Part shown: in pieces, positions 39,501 through 46,523 of the stretch
Numbering within the stretch: the stretch's first letter is position 1
Layout: every line of letters begins with the position of its first letter
DNA from: Thermodesulfobacteriota bacterium
Lineage (GTDB): Bacteria > Desulfobacterota > Desulfobacteria > Desulfobacterales > SURF-7
DNA: 64,000 nucleotides
Assembly (NCBI GenBank): GCA_049320885.1
Contig: JBMORA010000063.1
Location: 64,001 to 128,000 of the forward strand
Reading direction: 5' to 3'
Notes under the pieces: model-generated
Seen by the model: the letters and a program-made list of their open reading frames with translations, nothing else
What the model was told of the DNA's origin: nothing
Databases searched by the model: none
Position numbers and translations under genes: made by a program

Positions 39501-39663
39501 GAGCCGTGAGTTCCGCCTGCATGGCCTCGATGATCTTGAGGGAACCGCCGGCCCGGCAGCCGGTGGTGCAACAAATCTTGATGACGCGTTTTTCCTTCGC
39601 TTTCCTGTCCTTGACGGCATGGGCCAGGACGGTCAGATCTTCGGGAACTCGTATTTTTTTCAC
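36532..39663 (-). CDS. NuoF/HydB-like FMN-NADH subunit fused to a C-terminal GltD/NfnB-like FAD/Fe-S module
   Basis: Trx-like [2Fe-2S] (CCTTGC...GCRGFC), LRGRGGAGFP, NADEGDPGAFMDR, FVCGEET, GGPSGG, ESCGKCAPCRLG, SLCGLG; then CQHACP...CGRICIHPCETKC, GAGPAG, GGGNVA, YRR, RCLRC. Confidence 0.92.
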   Translation of the reverse strand: MKKIRVPEDLTVLAHAVKDRKAKEKRVIKICCTTGCRAGGSLKIIEAMQAELTAQGLADQIVIKKTGCRGFCEKGPVMNIEPEDIFYNQVEPRDVPDIVNLTVKRGEQVPRLLYTDPDTRAPIPRERDIPFFSKQVRRVLSNCGQIDPTDIEDYIAAGGYQALVKALTRMRPDEIIEEVIAARLRGRGGAGFPTGQKWRFAREAEGKPKYIICNADEGDPGAFMDRAVLEGDPHAVLEGMLIGAYAIGAEYGYVYVREEYPIAIDHLTIAIRQMESLGLLGEDIMGTGFRFHLGLKKGAGAFVCGEETALMASIEGQRGMPRARPPFPAQAGLAGKPTNINNVETWANIPLIINHGAAWYGEVGTEKSKGTKIFSLVGKVNNTGLVEVPMGVSIREVVFDIGGGIPKGRKFKAVQMGGPSGGCVPANYLNIPIDYDTLQRIGAIMGSGGMVVMDENNCMVEIARFFLEFTQSESCGKCAPCRLGTTQLLKILTRITRGQGNPTDLDRIREIGATVTETSLCGLGQTCAKPAISTLRYFAKEYEDHIREHRCSGAVCDAMVISACQHACPAGIDVPNYVAAVARGQYRQAVEIIRERNPFPAVCGRICIHPCETKCRRGELDDPVAIRSLKRFAADWYFEHIGPERNPFPVTRKQTVAVVGAGPAGLTCGYFLAKSGYKVTVFESQDRGGGMLGIAVPEFRLPRRIIEQEIAYIANCGVDIRYNAPIDAKHTVNDLMAEGYGAVFIAAGAQASMRMGIAGEGEGVTGLHYGLQFLTAVRTGKSVPLGGKVLVIGGGNVALDAARTALRMGAEDVQIYYRRSVQEMPAWVKDIEEAEEEGITIHPMWAPKSILRNNGRVAGMEFARSKTVYDADGRSRLSLDETEIRQVEAGAVIIAIGQAPDISFLSKDSQIERSLWGSLEVDANRLSTNVPGIFAGGDFTTGPSTVISAIASGRRAAIAVHRFLSGDTGRITIIDEKTRTPVDAGLALEEESAAEKPRIQVELEQPRERVRDFREVEKGFVSAEEAGREAYRCLRCDLEKERR

Positions 39664-39705
39664 GCCGATCCTCCTTTGTGACGTCAGACCCAGCGGCTTC
39701 TCCGG

Positions 39706-40194
39706 CTATTCCCCCTGCCGGCCTTCCTTGCCGAAGTAGTTCAAGATACCGGCCACCTTGGGCGGCGAGAGCTTACCGAAATAGTCCCGGTTCACCATCA
39801 TGGTGGGCGCCAGGGCGCAGGCCCCGAGGCAGGCGGCCGATTCCAGCGTGAACTGATAATCCGGCGATGTTTCCCCTTCCTTGAGTTTCAGCTCCTGCTG
39901 CACCATCCGCAGGATGCTCCGGCCGCCCTTGACATGGCAGGCGGTTCCACAGCAGACCCGCATCACGAACTTGCCCCGGGGGGCGAGGGAGAATCCGGCG
40001 TAAAAGGTGATCACCCCCTGGACCTGGGAAGGAAAGATGCCCAGGGCTTCGGCTATCGGTTCCACGGATTCAGGCGGAATAAAACCGAAGGTTTTTTGAA
40101 TGTCCTGCAACAGGGGAATCAGCCCCCACTGCTCCTCCTTGCGGGATTCGATGAGAGCGTTCAGTTTCTGTTGATCGATTTCAGGCGGTTTCAT
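39706..40194 (-). CDS. NuoE/HydC-like [2Fe-2S] subunit
   Basis: LIPLLQDIQ, GVITFY, CCGTACHVKG, ACLGACALAP. Confidence 0.93.
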   Translation of the reverse strand: MKPPEIDQQKLNALIESRKEEQWGLIPLLQDIQKTFGFIPPESVEPIAEALGIFPSQVQGVITFYAGFSLAPRGKFVMRVCCGTACHVKGGRSILRMVQQELKLKEGETSPDYQFTLESAACLGACALAPTMMVNRDYFGKLSPPKVAGILNYFGKEGRQGE

Positions 40195-42842
40195 GGCGTT
40201 CCCCCTTCCGTTTTTTCAATGCCCACCGGGCAGCAGTTCCAACCCGGGGAAGCCGAATCCATCAGTGGCGTCAGGCCCAGCAGACGGCGGGCCTGATTCG
40301 ATTCTTCCCCCTGGGGCAGCCAGACCAGACCGGACCGCAGCTGCCGGTCAATCCGGACCCGTCCATGCAACGATCCCGCTGGAGAAGTCAACCGGATGGT
40401 GTCGCCCTCCGCGACGCCCCATTGGACGGCATCCTCCTCGGAGACGGCGATGCCTTCCCGGTCCTTGAAAGCGGCGATACGCGGCGACAGTGCCGTGCGC
40501 GTCCCGCTGCCCAGATGATATCGCGGGGATCCGATGACCGCCATGAATGGATATGCGGGGTCCACCGGCTCCTGAACGGAGGTTTTCACGGCTGAAAACG
40601 GGATCGCCTGTTCACCGCCTTCCCGCCTCTGGATCCAAACCAGCTGCCCGCTGCGCGAGCTGCGGGCATACAAGGGCAGCACCTGACCGATTTCAGCCCG
40701 CACTTCTGCCAGGGAGGCGGGCGGGCGCTCGTCTCCCAGATGCCGCGCAAGGGAGATCAGGATCGCGAGATCCGGCCTGGCCTGGCCCGGCGGATCCGCC
40801 GCGGCCGACAGCTGTTGCAGACGGCCTTCCATGTTGACGAAGGCGCCCTCCTTCTCCGAAAAGGCCGCTCCGGGAAGCACGATGTGAGAATCGGCGACGG
40901 TCTCGGTGAGCAGGATATCCTGGGTGACGATAAGTTCGAGTCTGGACAAGGCCGCCTTCACGCGTTCCGGCTGGGGCAGGCTTCGCAGCGGGTTCTCGCC
41001 CATGATGAACATCCCTTTGAGACGGCCCTCCTCGGCCGCCTGAATCATGGCCACCAGATCCAGCCCCGGTTCGGCGGGCAGGTCGGTCCGCCAGACCGCC
41101 TCCCATTCCCTGCGGGCCTCCTTGTCCGCCACCGGCCGCCTGCCGGGCAGGGCATCCGGGACGCTGCCCATGTCCCAGGCGCCCACCATGTTGTTTTCCT
41201 TGGCCGGGATATAGAAACCGGCGCCTTTGTGGGCGATGCTGCCGGTCAGCATGGCCAGGTTGAGCAGCGCATCGACGGTTTCCAGGCCGGAGCGCTGCTT
41301 CAGGATGCCGTCGCCGATCACAAAGGCGATTTTTTTGTGACTCAACAGGTCCACCGCTTTTGCCAGGGATTCCTTTGCAAGTCCCGTCCGCCGGCAGATC
41401 AGCGACAGATCCAGAGCGCCCAGGCTTTCGGTGTATCGCCGGAATCCCTCGACAAACCGTTCCACAAAGGAAGCGTCATGGTTGTTCCGGGCCAGCATCA
41501 TCGCGGCGACGGCATGGACCAGATCCGCATCGGACCCGGGCTGGAGCGCCAGCCATAGAGCGCTGTATCCGGCAAGCTCGGTTTTTCGCGGATCAACGAC
41601 GATGATAGGGGTACCGTTGACGGCGCTGCGTTTGAGATAATATCCCATAACCGGCATGGAATGGGTCGGATCGGCGCCCATCACCAGGATCGCATCGCTT
41701 TTTTCCAGTCCGGCCAGGGAGCCGGCGAAAAAATGAAAGCGCCCGCCGCCGTCAGTGCGATTTTCAATGCTGCTAAGCAGTCGCCGTCCCAGTATGTAGC
41801 CGCCGTTGTCCAGGTTGTTGGTCTTCAGCAGGCTCCGGGCGATTTTTTGAAACAGATAATTTTCCTCGTTGGTGCATTTGGATGACCCCAGGAAAGCAAT
41901 GCTCCGCGGCCCATGGCGTTCCTTCAGCGCCAAAAGCCGCTGCGCCGTTTCCCGCAGGGCGTCGTCCCAGGATACGGCCTCGAGGGTTCCGTTTCTGCGG
42001 ATCAGGGGGTGCACGAGCCTTCTTTCGCTGTTCAGAAAATCATGACCGAAATGTCCTCGCACGCAAAGAGTGGTCCCATTCACGGATTTGGAATCCATGG
42101 CGGGATTGGCCTCAACGATCCTTCCATTGGAAGCACCGAGCCGCAGGCGGCAACCCACTCCGCAGAAGCCGCAGACCGTATCCACTTCCCGTTCGGGGAC
42201 GCCCACGTATCCGGAACGGATGGTCAAGGCGCCGGTGGGACAGACCGCGACGCAGGTGCCGCAGAAGGTGCAGCCGGACCGTTCCAGGGGTCTGTCCTGC
42301 AGGGTCGCCGGATAGGAACGGATGCCCCGCATGGAATAATCGATGGCACCGGTGACCACCAGTTCGTGATCGGCCCGGATGCATTTGCCGCAGAGGATGC
42401 ACTTGGAGAGATCCCGATAGATAAACGGGTTGAGCTGGTCGGGGGTCTTATCGCCGGGCATGGGGTCCAGCCGGATCGCCCCGACACCGAGATCGGCGGC
42501 CGCCCGGCGGAGACCACAACGGTTGCCTTTGTCGCAAACGATGCAGGATTCCGGATGAGCGGCCAGCATCAGGGTAACAATATTGCGGCGATGGGTGAGA
42601 ACCCGGGGGCTGTCGGTCAGAATCGCCATGTTTTGAGCCGCGGGAGTCACGCAGGACGCCAGGAGCCGGCCGCTTTTCTGTTCTTCCACCAGACATACGC
42701 GGCAGGCGCCGAAAGGTTTGAGATCCGGATGATGACAGAGCGTGGGAATGCGGAAACCGTTCTGGACGGCTGCGTCCAGCAGGCTCTCTCCCGGATTGCA
42801 ATGGATGGATTTGCCGTTGATGGTCAGGGTGATGACTTCCAC
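40191..42842 (-). CDS. FdhA/NuoG-like Fe-S molybdopterin-family subunit lacking FDH catalytic residues
   Basis: [2Fe-2S] (LC...GACRVC...SC), HxxxCxxCx5C, 2x[4Fe-4S] domain, CGFCGVGC...LCVRG, SSKCTNEENY, MGENP, EKEGAFVNMEGR. GTG start after AAGGAGG. Confidence 0.88.
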   Translation of the reverse strand: MEVITLTINGKSIHCNPGESLLDAAVQNGFRIPTLCHHPDLKPFGACRVCLVEEQKSGRLLASCVTPAAQNMAILTDSPRVLTHRRNIVTLMLAAHPESCIVCDKGNRCGLRRAAADLGVGAIRLDPMPGDKTPDQLNPFIYRDLSKCILCGKCIRADHELVVTGAIDYSMRGIRSYPATLQDRPLERSGCTFCGTCVAVCPTGALTIRSGYVGVPEREVDTVCGFCGVGCRLRLGASNGRIVEANPAMDSKSVNGTTLCVRGHFGHDFLNSERRLVHPLIRRNGTLEAVSWDDALRETAQRLLALKERHGPRSIAFLGSSKCTNEENYLFQKIARSLLKTNNLDNGGYILGRRLLSSIENRTDGGGRFHFFAGSLAGLEKSDAILVMGADPTHSMPVMGYYLKRSAVNGTPIIVVDPRKTELAGYSALWLALQPGSDADLVHAVAAMMLARNNHDASFVERFVEGFRRYTESLGALDLSLICRRTGLAKESLAKAVDLLSHKKIAFVIGDGILKQRSGLETVDALLNLAMLTGSIAHKGAGFYIPAKENNMVGAWDMGSVPDALPGRRPVADKEARREWEAVWRTDLPAEPGLDLVAMIQAAEEGRLKGMFIMGENPLRSLPQPERVKAALSRLELIVTQDILLTETVADSHIVLPGAAFSEKEGAFVNMEGRLQQLSAAADPPGQARPDLAILISLARHLGDERPPASLAEVRAEIGQVLPLYARSSRSGQLVWIQRREGGEQAIPFSAVKTSVQEPVDPAYPFMAVIGSPRYHLGSGTRTALSPRIAAFKDREGIAVSEEDAVQWGVAEGDTIRLTSPAGSLHGRVRIDRQLRSGLVWLPQGEESNQARRLLGLTPLMDSASPGWNCCPVGIEKTEGGTP

Positions 42843-42858
42843 AAGACCGCCTCCTTAG

Positions 42859-42958
42859 AAGTCCCTGTTCTGTCACTCCGTCCCGGATCGGAGTCCAGAA
42901 GCAATTATAAATACTGGATGACGGAGACCGAGAGTCTCGACTTTTACGAGTTCATCAA
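42859..42958. repeat. Palindromic MITE/REP-like intergenic element (degenerate)
   Basis: Three nested hairpins (ACTCCG/CGGAGT, TCCAG/CTGGA, GAGAC/GTCTC) within AAGTC...GACTT, ending GACTTTTACGAGTTCATCAA. This resembles the end of an intergenic repeat I recall from deltaproteobacterial genomes; only one copy is in this window. Confidence 0.55.
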
Positions 42959-42961
42959 GAT

Positions 42962-43837
42962 CTATTTCAGCTTGGCGGCGTCCAGATACAATTTCAGCTT
43001 GTCTTCGCCGCCGATGGTGATGATGTGAATGCCCTGGCAAAGATCCTTCAATCCGTTGACGAGGTCGGCGAACAGTTCGATACTGGCCTTCCTCTTGTCA
43101 TGGGCTCCGGCGAGCTTCTTGATGACCCAATCGGGAACCAGTCCGGACTTGAGATGACGATTCAGGAACTGGCCCACCCCGGCTGTTTGGAGAATCATCA
43201 CCTCCGCGATCACCGGAATCCCGAAGGTCTGGGTCTGCTTCAGGAATTTTTCAAAACGCTCCAGGTCGAACACCGGCGTGGTGAGAAAATAACCGGCGCC
43301 CATGCGGGTCATCTCCTCCATTTCCTTGAGCTCGAGTTCCGGCACGTTTTTGCCCCAGGCGGATTCCACACCCGACCCGAGCACGAACTCCGCGGGTTTT
43401 GGAAGGGGTTGGCCGTCCACGGTCTGACCGGTCTTCAAATGCTCCAGAACCGAGGCCAGTTTTCCGGCATCCACATGGAAAAACATCATTTCCTGGAGAC
43501 TGTCGCCGGTAATGCGGTAATCCTCGGTGAATACCAGCAGGTTTTCGACCCCGGACTGATGGGCGCTCAGCAGGTCTTTCTGCAATTGCAGGCGGTTTTT
43601 CTGGCGGGTGGTGGTCTGGTAGATGGCTTCGAAACGGTTCTGCTGGAGGATATCGCAGGTCTTGATGGTATCCCCCACCACGCCTTCCAGTTCAATCTCG
43701 GAGATGGATACGCCGTCCACCCGGCCCCGGATGAGCTTCAGGTTGTCGATCAGATCGTCCGGGCCCTCACCCAAGGGCGACTGCACCTCGGAAGTGACGA
43801 CGAATTTGCCGTTCTTGAGCGCTTCTTTCAATTTCAT
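42962..43837 (-). CDS. Divergent MetF-like protein
   Basis: MTHFR-fold alignment (KFVVTSE, TTRQKNRLQLQKDLL, GAGYFLTTPVFD, GIHII) with several motifs altered; GGGGAGG RBS. Confidence 0.8.
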   Translation of the reverse strand: MKLKEALKNGKFVVTSEVQSPLGEGPDDLIDNLKLIRGRVDGVSISEIELEGVVGDTIKTCDILQQNRFEAIYQTTTRQKNRLQLQKDLLSAHQSGVENLLVFTEDYRITGDSLQEMMFFHVDAGKLASVLEHLKTGQTVDGQPLPKPAEFVLGSGVESAWGKNVPELELKEMEEMTRMGAGYFLTTPVFDLERFEKFLKQTQTFGIPVIAEVMILQTAGVGQFLNRHLKSGLVPDWVIKKLAGAHDKRKASIELFADLVNGLKDLCQGIHIITIGGEDKLKLYLDAAKLK

Positions 43838-43903
43838 ATCGACCTCCCCGGCGGTTTTCGACACCGCGGCGGACATGGCTGCCGAATGAGAAAGGCCGTA
43901 AGA

Positions 43904-44476
43904 TCACTTCAGTCCCAACAGGCGCGCAACTTCTTCCTTCAACTGGGGCAGGGGCAGGGGTTTGGAAAAGCAGACATCGGCGCCATTGTCCTTCATTTGT
44001 TTGAACTTCTCCTCATCCAGATAGGCGGACAGCACAATGATTTTCGTTTCTCCGGTCTCCGGATTGGATTTGATTTTCCGGCAGACCTCATAGCCTTTGA
44101 TATCCGGCATCATGATATCGAGAATCAGCACATGGGGTTTGAAATGATTGACCTGCAGCCCGGCCTCGAAACCGTCCGAGGCCGAAATCACTTCGTAATC
44201 GTATTCGTCCTCCTCCAATGCCTGGACAAGGGTCTCAACGATGATGGGATCGTCGTCCACCACCAGAATCCGCTTGCGCTGATCCTGCGGCTCTTTCTCG
44301 GGAACGGGAATCCCCTGTTTGGCCATGAAGCTCTTCAGAATCGACAGTTTTATGCGGCGATGGCCGCCCACGGTTTTATACGCCTCGATATGGCCCGAAT
44401 CGATCCAGTTGATAATGGTTTGCGGTGACACATTGCAGTATTTGCTGGCTTTGGCAACGGTCAGGATGTCTTCCAT
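43904..44476 (-). CDS. Response regulator with N-terminal excisionase/BldC-like (MerR-type) HTH
   Basis: LTVAKASKYCNVSPQTIINWIDSGHIEAYKTVGGHRRI, then REC (VVDDD, LDIMMPD, SKP). Confidence 0.9.
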   Translation of the reverse strand: MEDILTVAKASKYCNVSPQTIINWIDSGHIEAYKTVGGHRRIKLSILKSFMAKQGIPVPEKEPQDQRKRILVVDDDPIIVETLVQALEEDEYDYEVISASDGFEAGLQVNHFKPHVLILDIMMPDIKGYEVCRKIKSNPETGETKIIVLSAYLDEEKFKQMKDNGADVCFSKPLPLPQLKEEVARLLGLK

Positions 44477-44532
44477 GAGGATACCCCCCTTTTCTGGTGG
44501 TGGCGGGGAAAATTGTTTCTGATTTATAATTA

Positions 44533-44584
44533 TTTTAGTTTTTTTAGTTTGTCAACACTTATTTTGTTTTAGTTTTTTTAGTTT
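44533..44584 (-). promoter_or_regulatory. AT-rich promoter region with two identical 18-bp direct repeats
   Basis: TTTTAGTTTTTTTAGTTT at 44533-44550 and 44567-44584, each with a 9-bp internal period. TTGACA on the minus strand at 44550-44555. Confidence 0.7.
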
Positions 44585-44655
44585 TTATAGATTTTTTATA
44601 TATTAAATAAACTACTGGTACCCTCCGGATAATAGAGGCAGCGGGATTCCGCGAA

Positions 44656-46500
44656 TCAAGCGGTGGGTTCGTTTTCAGCAGGCGGATGGGAGGGGAGCAG
44701 GATGGTGAAGGTGGTGCCGGAGTCCACGGCGCTTTGCACCTGGATATCACCGCCGTGATCCTTGATAAAACCGTAACACACCGAAAGCCCGAGACCGACC
44801 CCCTTGACGCTTTCCTTGGTGGTGAAAAAGGCGTCGAAAATTTTGGGCAGGTTTTCCTCGCGGATACCCATCCCCGTGTCGGTTATCCGGACCCGGATCT
44901 CCTTGTCGTTGCGGCCGGTTTCCACCGTCAGAACGCCGCCGCCGGGCATGGCGTCACGGGCGTTGGCGATCATGTTGAGAAATACCTGGCGCAGCTGGTT
45001 TTTGGAAGCAAACACCACGCAAGGCTCCGGGCAGTAATGGGGCTCGATGGCGATGTTGTTTTCGCGGAATTGCTTTTCATGCAGGAGCAGGATTTCATCC
45101 AGGATGGTGTTGATATCCGTGGGCTGCCGGATCTCCTGATCCGGTTTGGAAAATGTCAGCATCTTCCGGAGCAGTTCGCTCAAACGGACGGTTTCGGACA
45201 GGGCCATGTCCAGAATTTTGCGGCGACGGTTTCCCGGCTGAATTTCGGTTTTCATCAGCTCCAGGGTGTTCATGATGCCGTACAGGGGGTTGTTCAACTC
45301 ATGGGCCACCTGGGATGTCAGACGGCCCATGGCGGACAGCTTCTCCGCCTGAAGCAGTTGTTCCTGGGTCTGACGCAGACGGCGTTCCATATCCAGGCGC
45401 TCCTTCAGATCCACAAAAATCCCCACGGTGGCCAACTCCTTGCCAGCATCGTCGTATAGAATCGCCGCCGAGAGATTGCCTTCCACGATTTTGCCGTCCC
45501 GTCGCATGTAGACGATGGGATAGGAGCGGAGGCGTCCGGCCCTGTCGTGGTCCGGCCGGCGCAGCATCTGCATGACCTTGCGGGCCATGCCCTGGGGATA
45601 GATTTCCGTTATATTCATCCTGCCGATGACCTCCTCGGTCTTATAGCCCAGGATTTCCTCCGCGGCCCGATTCCAGATCAGCATCCGGCCGCGCATGTCC
45701 GCGGCCATGACGGCATTCGGCGAACTGTGGATGATCTTGTTCAGGAAGTCGTTCACTTCCCGGATTTCCTTCTCCATCCGTTTGCGCTGGGTCTGGTCGA
45801 CGATGATGCCTTCGTAACCGATCACATTGCCCTGTTCATCGCAACGCACATGGCCCGTGAGCAGGACGGGAATGGGACTGCCGTCCCGGCGCTTGAATTC
45901 GATTTCGTATTCAACCACCTGCCCGGCCGTTTCAATTTCCTGCTGGAAGCGTTTCCGGTCTTCCGGCCGCAGGTAGAGATCCTGCAGAATATTGATGTTC
46001 AGAAATTCTTCCTTGCTGTCATAACCGAACATGTGGAGAAGCGCCTGATTGGCGTCCAGGAATTTCCCTTCCTTGCTGCTGATGTAGACGCCGCACCCCA
46101 CGTGCTCGAAAAGACGCCGGTAATCCCGTTCCGTGGCCTTCAGCTTTTCGGTTCTCTGTTTTTCCTGGGTGATATCGCGATAAACGCTCAGTTTGAGGAT
46201 ATCGCCGTCTGCTTTTTTCAGCGGCAGGTTCATGACATCGTAGCTCTTGTTCAGCCACGGCATATGCAATTCGCGGTGAAACGCTTCGCCGCCGAAAACC
46301 CCTTCCGATTTGCATTCGGCGCAAATCTGTTCGCTCCGGGCAATGAACCGGTGGCATTTTTCACCGATACCCTGGCCGAAATCCCGGATCATGGCGGCAT
46401 TCATGTATTGAATGGTGTAATGGCGGTCGGTGATATAGACGCCGTCCTTCATGGCGTCAAAGACCGAAATCATGTTTTGCAGTTCTTTCCGTATCGGCAT
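44656..46500 (-). CDS. Cytoplasmic triple-PAS histidine kinase (NtrB-like)
   Basis: Three PAS domains, QVAHELNNPL, NMIANARDA, DTGMG, GVGLGL; no REC. Start uncertain (46500 or 46473). Confidence 0.9.
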   Translation of the reverse strand: MPIRKELQNMISVFDAMKDGVYITDRHYTIQYMNAAMIRDFGQGIGEKCHRFIARSEQICAECKSEGVFGGEAFHRELHMPWLNKSYDVMNLPLKKADGDILKLSVYRDITQEKQRTEKLKATERDYRRLFEHVGCGVYISSKEGKFLDANQALLHMFGYDSKEEFLNINILQDLYLRPEDRKRFQQEIETAGQVVEYEIEFKRRDGSPIPVLLTGHVRCDEQGNVIGYEGIIVDQTQRKRMEKEIREVNDFLNKIIHSSPNAVMAADMRGRMLIWNRAAEEILGYKTEEVIGRMNITEIYPQGMARKVMQMLRRPDHDRAGRLRSYPIVYMRRDGKIVEGNLSAAILYDDAGKELATVGIFVDLKERLDMERRLRQTQEQLLQAEKLSAMGRLTSQVAHELNNPLYGIMNTLELMKTEIQPGNRRRKILDMALSETVRLSELLRKMLTFSKPDQEIRQPTDINTILDEILLLHEKQFRENNIAIEPHYCPEPCVVFASKNQLRQVFLNMIANARDAMPGGGVLTVETGRNDKEIRVRITDTGMGIREENLPKIFDAFFTTKESVKGVGLGLSVCYGFIKDHGGDIQVQSAVDSGTTFTILLPSHPPAENEPTA

Positions 46501-46523
46501 CGATTTGCGGAATTCGCCGGGCC

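Noticed and set aside
36781..39681. Long antisense ORFs (966 aa here; also 2364-4520, 53232-55550, 56323-58014, 7654-9162, 14320-16080 and others)
   Set aside because: They lie opposite or out of frame with well-supported genes and show no motifs. Such shadow ORFs are expected with high-GC codon bias.
39706..40194. Respiratory complex I (nuo) operon
   Set aside because: Only E/F/G-like modules are present; no NuoA-D or H-N genes.
40191..42842. Selenocysteine-containing formate dehydrogenase
   Set aside because: There is no in-frame TGA, and neither Cys nor His at the active-site position.
43904..44476. Phage or ICE excisionase marking a mobile element
   Set aside because: The HTH is fused to a receiver domain beside a kinase, and no integrase or att-like repeats are seen.
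44521..44610. CRISPR array or leader
   Set aside because: Only two low-complexity 18-bp repeats, no spacer series and no cas genes.
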